Shown one piece after another: positions 13,570 to 26,427 of a stretch of DNA of 64,000 nt. The number at the start of each line of letters is the position of its first letter. The first letter of the stretch is position 1. Under the pieces are notes generated by a model. It was given only the letters and a program-made list of their open reading frames with translations, was not told where the DNA came from and did not search any database. The position numbers were made by a program, and so were the translations under genes. This DNA is from Felis catus (lineage: Eukaryota): NCBI RefSeq assembly GCF_018350175.1, contig NC_058368.1, positions 197,286,001 through 197,350,000 on the forward strand, read 5' to 3'.

Positions 13570-15470
13570 GTTCCCAAATTTATATTTTCAGTCCAGATCT
13601 TTCTTATGAGCTCCAAACTGGTATATTCAAACGTCTACTCAGTACCTTCATTTGGATGTCTAATAGACTCAAATTTAATATGTCCACCACCCACCCACCC
13701 ACACTGCTAAGTTAGCTCTACTTGCTGGCTCTCCCCTCTCAGTTAAAGGCAACTCGATCGTTCTAGGTGCTCAGGCCAAAACATTAGTCATCCCAATGCT
13801 TGCCTTTCTCTTACATCCTCCTCTTAGTCCATCTGGAAATCTTTTTAGATCTTCTTGGAAATATCCAGAATTAGAACACTTCTCACCACCTCCACTGTTA
13901 CCACCATGGTCCAAGTCAGGGCCAAGGGACTCCACCCCTGCCCTTCCCTCACACACAATCCATTTCTACAGAGCAGCCAGAGTGGTAAAATCTTGGTAAA
14001 ATACAGGTCAAATCCTCAGTCTCCTGCTAGAAGTCCCGTGGTGGCTCCACATTTCACTTAGAGCAAAAGCCAACATTCTTGAAACACTCTATCAGGCTTT
14101 ACAAAACCTCACACCTCTCTGACCTCATCTCCCACTGCTCTCTCGGTCCTGGACACTCTCATCTTGTCCCCCAGATTTACTCTTCAGCCTTTTCCATCCC
14201 TCTCTCTTCTCTGGGAGACTGGTCATGGGAATCTTCAAACCTTCACAGTCTTTTGGCTTGTAGTTGGATCAGTCGATGGCAGGCGCTGGTTTGGGATGGG
14301 GGAGATGGGAGCTGAGAGAGACCGGGGTAGTTAGTTTTCTCTTTCCTTCCCTGCCAAGCCTGGTCGTGGCCATAACTCTGTTCTTTTACCAAAGACCACG
14401 TCTGTCAGTAATGCTCCTATAGCCAGCCTTCTCCAGGCTCTGGGAATCCTGCTCTCTGCTGACCCCTTCTGGCCAAGGAGTGCTATTGCTAACTCTCCAG
14501 GGCCTGACCTTGTTGTTTTACCTTACCTCTGTCCACAGCTTTGTAGTCTTTATACTCAACACTCTTCAGTGACTCCTTTGAAGATGCTCTCTGCTTCCTG
14601 CCTAATCTTGATTGATCCTTTCCCCGGGGCTCACTTTGTTCAAGCAACACTTTTATGATATTGTCATTTGTAAGAAAAAGATACATTTGTCATTTAGATG
14701 ATCAAAATATATTTCTCATATATAGTTGGTCTTCATCCAGGGTTCAAACTCTTCAAACCCTTGGAATTCCCTAAGTGTTGAGAGTGATAAAGGTGTCTCT
14801 TTTATGTTAACGAGGTGGCTTTTGCAACTAACCTAAGGATGGGTTGCCAGGAGACCCAACTATGTGATTAGAGGGTTGAAACTTTTAGTCCTGTTTCTGA
14901 CCTCTGGGGAGGGCAGAGAACCTAGAGGTTGAATCAATCGCCAGTGGCCAATGGTTTAATCAATCATGACTGTGTAACGAAGCCTCCATACAAATGCAAG
15001 CAAACAAGGTTTGGAGAGCTTCTGGGTTGCTGAACACCCGGAGATTTGGGGAGAAGGGTGCACCTAGAGAAGTCATGGAAGCTCTGTGCCTTCCCTGCAC
15101 CCTGGGGGCTCTGCACTGGCTCTTTCCTTTTCTTGACATGCCCTTCTTCTAGATGTCTATGGATCCCTCCTTCATGTCTTTAAGTCTTTGCTCAGTTGTT
15201 ACCTTCTCAGTGATCATGTGTCTGTGTTCTGATAAAATTGCAGCCCTTCTACCCTGGCAATTACACCTTTTTTTATGGTACGTATCATATAACTCATTAT
15301 GGTATTTATTTATTTATTTGTGATTTTCACTATCCTTATCTTCTCACTAGATTATAAAATCCTTGAGGGCAAAGATTTCATCTGTTTTTTCACTGATAAA
15401 TCTCTACTGCTAGAGTAATGCTTGGTATATAGTAGGTGGTAAGGGCCTGTTTGTTGAATGAGTCAATGTT
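13570..15470. mobile_element. L2 remnant interrupted by MLT1-like (about 14165-14600) and MER21-like (about 14720-15090) LTR fragments
   Basis: L2 motifs (gctcaggccaaaac...tcaccacctccactg; cactagattataaa...gttgaatga); cccttggaattccctaagtg...gattagagggttg resembles MER21. Confidence 0.6.
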
Positions 15471-16039
15471 TCCCACTTTGTTCTCAACAGATCCTAAGTG
15501 TATAACCCGAGTGCCTATGTCATTACTCCAACTAAAAAGTAAATATCCAAGAGGAATAATTGACATTTATACCTGAAGTTGCAAGGCAAAGGCCCTTAGG
15601 TTGGACTTGGCCTACAGCCAAGTTTTTTATACTAAGGTATTGGTCCACACAATGTTTCAAGTACTATTTTGATTTACCTTTCCAACATTAAAAAATGGAG
15701 GATATTTCACTTAAAGATGTGGGTTTCTGGTTTCTAAGCCAAAACAGAAGTCCTGGTCATATTTTACCTCATGTTACTCACTCTGGAACAGCTGAGTAGG
15801 GCTTTTCCCCTTAGACTGGACATGTCCTCTCCTGTGCTTCAGGGCTGTACCTTTTCCTGTTGTTTCCCTGACACCCTCAAAAGCTGAGTGTCAGCCAGCC
15901 ACCTCCACTTATCTACTCATCTGCTTGGCTTTTGTGAACATAGAAGTTTGCAACTCCTAATGGTCAAGTATATACCAAGGAGGCATAAATGTTTGATGAT
16001 GATGATATGCTAACGATGATGTAGATATACAGATAGAAT

Positions 16040-17490
16040 TTACACTTTTTCTATTCTTTTCTCTTGTAACTTCTCTTCATTTACTTGTTCTATCAGTGTT
16101 GCTGTCTTCAAATATAATTGTGGACTTGTGTTTCCTTTTTTTTTAGTTACATCATGTTGCTTTATGTATTCTCCAATTCTGTTATTAAGTGCGTACATAT
16201 TTATGGCTATGTGACTCGTGAAGAAGACCTGGACTATACCAGAGGAACTGAAGGACACTGAGGAGGCGGTCTACCAACTTGTGGTCGATGACCTGAAAGA
16301 CACTATCAGCCAACCTGACTTAATTGACATGTGTAGAACCTAATAACAAAATAAGCATTCTTTTCAAATACACATGGAACATTCACCAAAGTAATTCATA
16401 TGCTGGCCCGTGAAACTAATACCTGCAAATTTATAAGGACTTAAATAATACAAAGCATGTTCTTTGATGACAATAGTGTTAAGCTAGGATTGAATAAGAG
16501 AAAGATATAGCAAAAACTATAGTTAGAAATTTAAAAACACACTTCTAAATAATCTGTGGATCAAAGAAGGAATCATGAAGGAAATTCTAATATATTTTGA
16601 ATTAAGCAAATGGAAACACAACATATTCAAAAAATGTGTGATGCACCTAAAGAAATGCTCAGAGGAAAATGTATAGAATTAATTACTTATAAAGAAGGGA
16701 AGTCTCCAACAATGATCTCAGCTACCACCTTAAGAAATTATAAAAGGAAAGCAAGTTAAACACAAAGGAAGTCGAAGGAAGGAAATATAGAGCAGAAATC
16801 AATGAAATAGAAAACAGGGAAATAATAGAGAAAAAGCTATTGAGCCATAACTTACAAATTTCTAGTCAGTCTGATCAAGGAAAAAGAGGAGAGAAGATAC
16901 CGATTACCAATATCAGAAATGAAAGAAAAGACTTTACTATACATCTTACAGGAATTAAAAGATTATGAACAACTTTACACTAATACATTTGAGAACTTAC
17001 ACGGAATGGAAAAATTGCCTGAAAGACCCAAACTCCCAACGCTCACTCAAGAAGAAGTAGTCTGATCAGTGCTACATGGTGGTGAATTTTTCCAAACACG
17101 TAAGGAAGAAACAGTACCAGTTCTAGAGAAATGTTTCCAAAAAATGGTAAAGGGTAGAACATTTTCCAACTTACTTTATGAGGCCGATACTAACATGATA
17201 CCAAAACCAGACAAAGACCAAGGTTTCATGAAAAGTAATCTAAAGCCCAAATATACCTTATGGACATAGACAGAAAAGTCCTCAGCAAAATGTTAGCAAA
17301 TCAAATCCAGCAGTATATTAAAAAAGATAACACAAGTGGGGGATGCTAGGTTGGTTCGACACTTGAAAATCGATCAATGTAATTTACCATATCAGCAGAC
17401 AAGCGAAGAACATAATTATTTCAATGATGCAGATGAAGCATTTTAGCAAAATGCAACATCCATTCATAATAAAATCTCTCAAGAAACTAG
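16040..17490. mobile_element. Old L1 ORF2 fragments (short minus-strand piece, then plus strand)
   Basis: ORF GEFFQTRKEETVPVLEKCFQK...NLLYEA..MIPKPDKD is L1 ORF2-like. Confidence 0.85.
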
Positions 17491-17989
17491 GAGCTACAAA
17501 ATAGAGAAATCTGTTCATAATGTCCCATTGCCTGAAGTCTTACACCCTTTCTATTGCTCAGATCCCCTGTCACTCGAGCACTCTGCCAGCTTCCCAAGCC
17601 AGCATTCATTCACTCTCGTTCATTCACTATCTGTCAGTATCTACTGTGTGGAAGGCACAGTAATAGGCACACAGTTATAGGCTCTGGGGGACACAGCTGT
17701 GAGCAAAATAATAAAAATTCTCTGTCCTCATAGAGCTCTCATTCTAACAGGTAATATCAGCTCCCCAGAGCTCCCTGCACTTTGCTCAGTGGCCTTTCAC
17801 TCCCTCACACTAGTCCTATTCCCCTCCTGGCACAGGGCCTCTGGGAGACATGCCGGTCCCTCTTGAATTCTTTTCTCTCTCATCTTTGTCCTTGTAACTT
17901 TTACTTATTTTTCAGATGGTAGCTGCAGAGTCCCTTCTATAGGGAAGCCTTCCTTGATTTCCCTGCCTACATGCCTCCTCATGTAAAAA

Positions 17990-18205
17990 AAAAATGTTTA
18001 TTTATTGAGAGACAGAGAGAGAGAGAGGAGAGGAGAGAGAGTGTGTAGGGGCAGAGAGAGAGGAAGAGAGAGAGAGAATTCCGAGCAGGCTCCGTGCTGT
18101 CAGCACAGAGTCTGACACAGGGCTCGATCTCATGACCCGTGAGATCCTGACCTGAGCCGAAACCAAGAGTCAGATGCTTACCGGATGGAGCCACCCAGCC
18201 ACCTC
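17990..18205 (-). mobile_element. Can-SINE
   Basis: SINE body with (GA)n. Confidence 0.88.
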
Positions 18206-18507
18206 CCTCCTCTTTTATATGTGCTTATTGTACTTCCCTTCCTCCCCGTCACAGCCCTTCTTGCATAATCATTTGTGGGACACTTTGGCTGACCTCTAAG
18301 TGACTGATGGATCATGGGTTCTGTGAAGGCACGGGCTCTGTTTTCACTCAACAGTGTCACTAGTTCCCAGTGCAGAGTAGGGGCTCGTTCAATATTATAT
18401 AAAAGAGTGAGTTTGTGCCTTCATCCAAGACTTGATTAGATTTTGGCCTGGAATGGACTGGCATGAGAACTGGACAAAGAACGTGCTCAAAAAACAGCAT
18501 CCAAGAT

Positions 18508-19272
18508 GGGGATAACAGGGAATCCTTGGGCACCATTGGTGAGAATGTAAATTGGTGCAGCCAGCATGGAAAACCGCGGAGGTTCCTCAGCATATTAAAA
18601 ACAGAAATACTGTGTATGGTCCAGTACTTCCACTGCTGGCTATTTACCCAAAGAAAATGAAAACGCTAATTTGGAAAGAGAGACGCATCCCCATGTTTAT
18701 TGCAGCATTAGTTACAATAGCCAAGATACGGAAGCAGCCCGTGTCCACTGATAGATGAATGGACGGAGATGGGGTATGTAAATGCAGTGGAATATTACTC
18801 AGCCATTAAAAAAGAACGAACTCTGGCCATTTGTGACAACACGAAAGGACCTAGAATGTATTATGCTAAGGGAAATAAGTCAGACAGAGCAAGACAAATA
18901 CCATATGATTTCATTTATGTGTGGAGTCTAAAAAATAAAGCCAATATGTACACACATACATACACACACATTAGAAACAGACTCATAAATACAGAGAACA
19001 AACTGGTGGTTGCCAGAGGGGGGGAGGGGCAAAACAGGTGAAGGGAATTAAGAGGCACAAACTTCCAGCTCTAAAATGAATAACTTAGAGGGATGAAAAG
19101 TACAGCACAGGAAATACAGTCTATAACATTGTAATAACTTTGTACGGTGACAGATGGTGACTACGCTTATCCTGGTGAGCACTGCATAATGTATAAAACT
19201 GTGGAATCACTACGCTGTATACCTGAAACGAATATGACATTATATGTCAACTATATGCCCATAAAAAAGAAA
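18508..19272 (+). mobile_element. L1 3' end with A-tail
   Basis: PMFIAALVTIAK / EYYSAIKK ORF2 C-terminal motifs; degenerate TSD aaaacagcatccaag / aaaatagcacccgag. Confidence 0.9.
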
Positions 19273-19531
19273 GAAAATAGCACCCGAGGAAGTATTACGT
19301 AATTTATTAGTGGCCTTTAAATTAGTCATCAATCTGTCTAACCTTATTTGGATTCAGTCCATAGTTTTTCCATCTCATTTGTGAGATCTCACGGGAGGCT
19401 TTTGAAGTTCGGCTCACTATGTCAACTGCATTCCTCTGCTCTGCTGACTATCCAAAACGCAAATGAGGTTTGTTTTGTGTAACTAGATTCTGTGCGTACT
19501 CCTAGCCTTCACACATTTGGTCCTCCGTCCA

Positions 19532-20079
19532 CTCGTCTGTAAGGTGCTGGGCTCCATCAGGCGATTTCCCAGGTTCCTCCTGACTTTAGGAGCAGGGGCT
19601 GGGGTTCTGCACGCACCCCCCTGCCCCCCCCCCCCGATGAGGGGTTGGCTCCCTGTTGCTGCTGGGGCCGAGGTGAGAGGCTGCGCCCACAGTTCCGGTG
19701 TCGCCCAGATCGCTCAGGGAGGTGTTTGCAGAGAGAGGCCGGGTGGGGATCACTTGCTCATTGGCAGGCAAGTCCGTGAGGGCCAAGGCAGTCAGGGGGA
19801 AACCAAGCACAGCAGCCTTGCTTCCTGGGATGCTCCCTGCCCTCCTCCCCCACCCCGGCCGCCCCCACAGGAACCAAACTGTGTATCTCAATCCTAGAAT
19901 GTGAGGAATGTGCCAGAGCCTGCTAGGCATGGAGCAATCTGCAGAGAGGCAGGGAGGAGCTCTGCTCCCTGGTCAGAGGCCTGACAGAGCAAGGACTATG
20001 GGTCCTGAGGGCTGGGCTGCCCCTCCCACCCTCCCTGGGCCTCCTGCTGCAGCTGGATATCAAAGGCTGCTTTGTGCAC
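19532..20079 (+). promoter_or_regulatory. Near-identical upstream copy of the SH3TC2 promoter core (paralog of 46961-47504)
   Basis: By-eye alignment gives about 7 substitutions and one 4-nt indel at a C-run over about 545 bp. Includes the SOX dimer motif at 20059-20075. Regulatory activity is inferred, not shown. Confidence 0.85.
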
Positions 20080-20197
20080 TGAGCCGGCTTTCCGTCTGTC
20101 CAGTGTCTGCTAGGAGGTTGGAGAAGGGGCGCTGTTAGGAAGGGCGCCCCTACCTAACCTCGTTCAGGCTGAGGTCCCTTGGTCTCTCAGCCCTGGA

Positions 20198-20266
20198 GGG
20201 ATGGTGCACACAGAGGCCTTTGTTTCTGCGTCCCAGGAAGCAGTCTGTCTATTGGCCCAGAGGAGT
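20198..20266 (+). pseudogene. Degenerate copy of SH3TC2 exon 1
   Basis: ggatggtgcacacAGAggcctttgtttctgcgtcccagga...ggcccagAGgagt aligns to ggatgatgcacacATGggtggctgcttctgtattcccggg...ggcccagGTgagt. Start codon and GT donor are both lost; L1 sequence begins at about 20270. Confidence 0.8.
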
Positions 20267-20269
20267 CTT

Positions 20270-22520
20270 ACCGGTTTTTCAAAGAAATAACTGCTTCGGT
20301 TCATTGATATTCTCTATTTTTTCCCAGGTTAATTGAAATGTAATTGACAGGGTCACCTGGGTGGCTCAGTCGGTTGAGCATCTGACTTCGGCTCAGGTCG
20401 TGATCTCACGGCTTGTGGGTTCGGGCCCCACGTCGGACTCTGTGCTCACAGCTCAGAGCCTAGAGCCTACTTCAGAGTCTGTGTCTCCCTCTCTCTCTGC
20501 CCCTCTCCCGCTGTGTCTCCCCCTCTCTCTCAAAAATAAAACATTAAAAAATATATATACTTGACATACAGCACTGTAGAAGTTTAACATGCACAACATA
20601 ATGATTTGACTTGTGAAGTGATTATCAGACTGAATTTAAATTAAACGTAATGTCTACGTGTTTGTTCAGTTTCTGTTTGATTGCTGCTCTTTCTTATCTC
20701 TAGTATTTTCTTTCCTCCTTCTCCTTACTTGTTTAGTTTGCCTGCTTAGACGACCGAGTTGAGACTGTCTTCTCTTCTCATATAAGCATTTAATGTGATA
20801 AAGATCCCTTTAAGCACTGCTTTTCTTGCAACCCCCAGATTTTGATAGGTTGATTTCATTGCATTCAAACTATTTTTTAATTTCCCTTCTGATTTCTCCC
20901 TCATCCCTTGAGTTATTTAGGAGTGTTTTGTTTAATTTGCACATATCTGGGGATTTTCCAGGTATTTCTCTTTTATTGATTTCTAATTTAATTCCTTTGT
21001 GTTCAGAGAACATTCTTGGATGATTTTAATTTTTTGAATTTCTCGACATGTGTTTTTTTCATCTCAGAATATGTTCTTCTTGGTGAGTGTTCCATATGCA
21101 CTTGAAAAGATGGCCTACTCTGATGTGTTTTGGTGCACTCTTGTATAAATGTCAGTTGGGTCAAGTTGATTAAAATGTTATTCAAGATTTGAATCCGTAC
21201 TGGTTTTTGGTGGTGGTTTTTTGTTTTGTTTTGTTTTGTCTTTTGTTTTTGTTGTTGTCTTGTTTTGTTTTGTTTTTTTTGGTCTACCTGTTCTATGAAT
21301 TACTGAGAGAGAACTGTTAAAATATCCTGCTAAAGGGCGCCTGGGTGGCTCAGTCAGTTGGGCGTCCAACTTCGGCTCAGGTCATGATCTTGCAGTTGGT
21401 GGGTTCGAGCCCTGTGTCGGGCTCTGTGCTGACAGCTCAGAAACTGGAGCCTGCTTCAGATTCTGTGTCTCCCTCTCTCTTTGCCTCTCCCCTGCTTGAG
21501 CTGTCTCACTCTCTCAAAAATAAACTTGAAAAAATAAAAAAATAAATATAATAAAATATCCCACTCAAACAGTGGACATTGTTATTTCTTTCAGATTTAT
21601 TACTTATTGCTTCATGCATTTTAAGCTGTATTGGTAAGTACATACACTTTGAAAAAGTTTTTTTTTTAACATTTATTTTTGAGAGACAGAGTGAGACAGA
21701 GCATGAGTGGGGGAGGAGCAGAGAGAGAGGGGGGACACAGAATCTGAAGCAGGCTCCAGGCTCTGAGCTGTCAGCACAGAGCCCGACACGGGGCTTGAAT
21801 CCACAAACCATGAGATCATGACCTGAGCCGAAGTTGGACACTCAAGTGACTGAGCCACCCAGGTATCCCCCCCTTTTTTTTTTTTAATTTTTTTAACATT
21901 TATTTTTGAGAGACAGAGTGAGACAGAGCATGAGTGGGGGACGGGCCGAGGGGGGGTACATAGACTTTTTAAAAAGAGATTTTATTTTTAAGTAATCTCT
22001 ACACCCAATAGTGGCTTGAACTCACAAGCCCAAGATCAAGAGTTGCATGCCCCACTGACTGAGCCAACTAGGAGCCCTGGTGCATACTCTTTTAAGATTG
22101 TTAATATCTTTTAAATATGTTATCCTTTTTATTATTACAAAATGTTTCTATTGATCCCTGATCATGTTCCTCGTTCTGAAATTTGCTTTAATCAATATGA
22201 GGCATTTCTTTTGATTGGTGTTTGAATGGCATTTCTATTTTTATACTTTTATTTTTAACCTAGTTATATCTTTATATTTATACTTATATATTTAGTTCCC
22301 TTTATCCAATCTGGCAATCTTTAAGTGGAGAGTTTAGGCCATTTTCACTTAATGTAATTATTATTGGTTGGGCCTAAATTTACCATCTTGTTAACCTTTT
22401 TCTTGTTGTTATTGTTGTTGTTCCATTTGTCCTTTGTTCCATTTTCTTCTTTTCCTGTCTTCTTTTAGCTTGACTGTTTTTTAATGATTGTATTGAATAT
22501 TAGGTATGCTTTTTAAAAAT
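20270..22520 (-). mobile_element. Old L1 ORF2 fragments carrying Can-SINEs at about 20350-20551(+), 21335-21545(+), 21658-21870(-) and 21880-22078(-)
   Basis: Antisense L1 endonuclease-region motifs (tccatatgcacttgaaaag, atgtcagttgggtcaagttg) and recognisable SINE bodies. Confidence 0.85.
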
Positions 22521-22559
22521 TTTAAAACACTCCTCATGTAGAATAGAATCATACGGTTT

Positions 22560-25500
22560 CTGCTATCACACTGCCACAGGATTAAGCTAGAAATCAATAA
22601 CAGAAAGATAACTGGAAAATCCCAAAAGACGTGGAGATTAAACAGCACACGTTTAATTTTGTTTAATGTTTATTTATTTTTGAGAGAGAGAGAGCATGTG
22701 TGAACAGAGGAGGGACGGGGGGGTTGTGGGGGGGGGTGGGGACAGAGGATCCAAAGCAGGCTCTGCACTGACAGCAGTGAGCCCAATGTGGGGCTTGAAC
22801 TCATGAACTGTGAGGTCATGACCTGAGCTGAAGTTGGACACTCAACCGATCGAGCCACCCAGGTGCCCTATAAATAGCACACTTTTAAATAACACATGGA
22901 TTCTAGAAGAAATCTCAAGAGAAATTTAAAAAAATTTTTGGAACTCAATGAAATGGAAATCACAACTTATCAAAGTTTGTGGGATGCAATGAAAGTAGTA
23001 CTTAGAGGGAAATTTCTAGCATTGAATGCATTTATTAAAAAAAAAGAAATATCTAAAATTGATAATCTATGTTTCCACCTTAGGAAACTAGAAAAAGAAG
23101 AGCAAATTAAATCCACAGTACATAGAAGAAAAGAAATGGTAACGATTAGAGCAAAAGCCAATGAAATTGAAAACAGGAAATCAATAGAGAAAAATCAATG
23201 AAACTCAAAACTGCTCTTTGAAAAGACGAATAAAATATATAAAAAATAAAATAGATGAAGAGAAGAGGGAGGACACAAATCACTAATATCAGAAACGAAG
23301 GAGGGGACATTATTATTAGAACCCACAGAAATTAAAGGATAATAAAGAAATAGTATGGACAACTCTATGCCCACAAATCTGACAATGTAGACAAAATGGA
23401 CTAATTCCTTGAAATGAACAACCTGTCCAAAGTCACACAAGAAGAAATAGATGCTCTGAATAAGCCCTTATCTATTAAGGAAATTGAATTGACAATTAAT
23501 AAACTTCCAAAAAAGAAAGAACCAGACCCAGATGGGCTCCTGGGTGAATTCTACCAGATGTTTAAGTTAGAAATTATATCAATGCTCTAAAATCTCTTCT
23601 AGAGGATAGAAGCAGAGGGAATACTTCCTAATTCATTCTATGGGGCCAGCATTACTCTAATACCAAACCAAACATAAACATCACAAGAATAGAAAACTGC
23701 AATACCTCTTGTGACCATAGATGCAAAAGTCCTCAACAAAATATTAGCAAATTGAATCCAAAAAAGTATAAAAAGAATTATATACTATGACCAAGTAGGA
23801 TTTATCCAGATATGCAAGCAGGTTTAACATTGAAAATCAATGAATATAATCCATCCCATAGAAAAAAATCACATGATCATATCAATAGATGCAGAAAAAG
23901 CATTTAATAAAATCTAACACCCATTCAAGATAAAAACTCTCAGTAAACTAAGAATAGAGGGGAACTGTCTCAACTTGATAAAGACTGTCTGCAAAAAACC
24001 TACAGGTAACATCATACTTAATTGTGAGAAACTCAAAACTTTCCCTCTAAGGTTAGGTACAAGGCAAGGATATCCCTACTCAGAACTCAGTTTCAGCATT
24101 GTACTAGAAGTCCTTGCTAACGCAGTATGGCAAGAAAAGGAAACCAAAGGCATACAGGTTGGGAAGAAAGACTTAAAACTATCATTGTTCACAAATGACA
24201 TGATCATCTATGTATAATAAGTAATCATAGCAAGTTTTCAAAATACAAGTTGGCATATAGACGTCAATTGCTTTTCTAAATACTAACAATGAACAAGTGG
24301 AATCTGAAATTAAAAACACACTACCATTTACATTAGCATTCACCAAAAGGAAATACTTACTAACAAAGTATGTACAAGATCTGTATTAGGAAATCTACTA
24401 AACTCTGATAAATGAAATCAAAGAACTACATAAATGGAGATATATTCATGTTCATGAGTGAGAAGACTCAATACTGTCAAGCTGTCTGTTCTCCCCAGCT
24501 TGATCTGTAGATTCAATGCAATCCCAATCAAACTCCCAGTAAGTTATTTTATGGATATTGGCAAAATGATTTCAAAATTTATATGGAGTGAGGCAAATGA
24601 CTCAGAAGAGCTAACACAATATTGAAAGAGAAGAACAAAATTGGAGGGCTAATGCTAGCTGAATTCAAGACTTACTATAAAGCTGCAGTAATCAAGACAG
24701 TGTGGTATTGGAAAAGATAGGCAAATAGATTAATGGAGGAGAACAGAGAGCCCAGGAAATAGTCTCCCATAAATACAGTCAGCTGATCTTTGACAAAGGA
24801 ACCAAAGCACAAGAATGCAGCCAAGACAGTCTTTTCAACAAATGGTGCTGGAATAACTGGACATCTGGGCCTGTGTCTGGTCTAGACACAGAACTTACAT
24901 CCTTCCCAATAATTAACTCAAAATGGAGCACAGACCTAAATGTAAAATGGGCAACGATAAAACTCCTACGAGATAACATAGGAGAAAACCTAGATGACCT
25001 TGGGAAGGCATGATCCTTGGAAGAAATAATTGGCAAACTGGATTTCATTAAAATTAATACAAACAAACACCTTGTGCTTCTGTGAAAGACAATGTCAAGA
25101 GAATGAGAAGACAAGCCACAGTTGGGGAGAAAACATTTATTTAAAAAATGTATCTGATAAAGGACTGGTGTCCAAAATAAGCAAAGAACCCTTAAAACTC
25201 AACAATAACAAAACTAACACCCCAATTAAAAAACAGACCAAAGACTTTAACAGACACCTCACTAAAGAAGATATGCGGAAGGAAAATAAGTATATGAACA
25301 GATGTTCCTCATCATTTGTCATTAGGGAAATGCACATTTATACCATGACATACGTATTAGAATGCCCAAATTCTGGAATACTGACATCACCAAATGCTGG
25401 TGAAGATGTGAAGCAACAGGAACTCTCATTTATTGTTAGTGGAAATGCAAATGGTACGGCCACCTTGGAAGACAGTTTGGTGGTTTCTTACAAAAGCAAT

Positions 25501-26165
25501 ATAGTCTTATCATAAGATCCAGTAATCACTGTTCATGTAAAAAATTGGACATGGATATTTATTCCTAATTGCCAAAATTTGGAAGCAACCAAGATGTCCT
25601 GCAATGGGTAAAAGGATAGATAAACTGTGGTTCATCCTGACAATGGAATATTATTCAATACTAAAAAGAAACAAGTTATCAAGCCACAGAAAGATGTGGA
25701 GGAACCTTAAATGCATCTTGCTAAGTGGAAGAAGCCACTCTGAAAAGGCTGCATACTGTATGATTCCAACTATATGACACTCTGGAAAAAGAAAAACTAT
25801 GGAGATAGTAAAAAGACCAGTGATTGTGGGGGAGGGGGTTGTGATGAATAAGCAGGGCATAGAGGATTTTTAAAGCAGTGAAAATATTCTGTATGATATT
25901 ATAATGATGACTGTATGTCATTGTACATTGTCCAAAGCCATAGCATATCCAACAGCAAGAATGAATCCTATGACAAACTATGGACTTTGGGTGATTATGC
26001 TGTGTCAATGTGGATTCATCCTTGGTAAATATTGTACCAGTCATGTGAACGGGGTGGCTATGCATGTGTGTGTTGGGGGGGGCCTAGTGGGTATGTAAGA
26101 AATCTCTGTATCTTCATCTCAATTTTGTTGTAATCCTCAAACTGTTCAAAGAAAGTTAAAAAAAA
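22560..26165 (+). mobile_element. L1 (L1MC-like) ORF2 and 3'UTR, about 3.6 kb, degenerate; Can-SINE (-) at 22655-22868
   Basis: ORFs [23 protein letters not shown] and [10 protein letters not shown]...[11 protein letters not shown] (reverse transcriptase domain); L1MC-type 3'UTR aactatggactttgggtgat. Confidence 0.92.
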
Positions 26166-26427
26166 GGTCAACAGAGCCTCAGGGACATGGGAGACAATAT
26201 CAAAAGGTCTAACATTATAGACTCCCCACATAATTGGACTCCTCAAATGAAGGGGGGGGGTAGCATAGGGCAGACATCTTCTCACAGGTACAAATTCAAG
26301 AAGCTCCATAAGATAAATTAGAAGAAAACTACACCTAGTCACATCATAGTCCAAGTGTTGAAAACCAAAGGTAAAGAGAAAATGTTGAAAGAGCTAGGGA
26401 AAATGACACACGACATACGGTGGAATA

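Noticed and set aside
19693..19767. 75-nt candidate exon (cacag|...cag|gcaagt, GC donor) present in both promoter copies
   Set aside because: Weak acceptor, non-canonical donor and no recognisable peptide.
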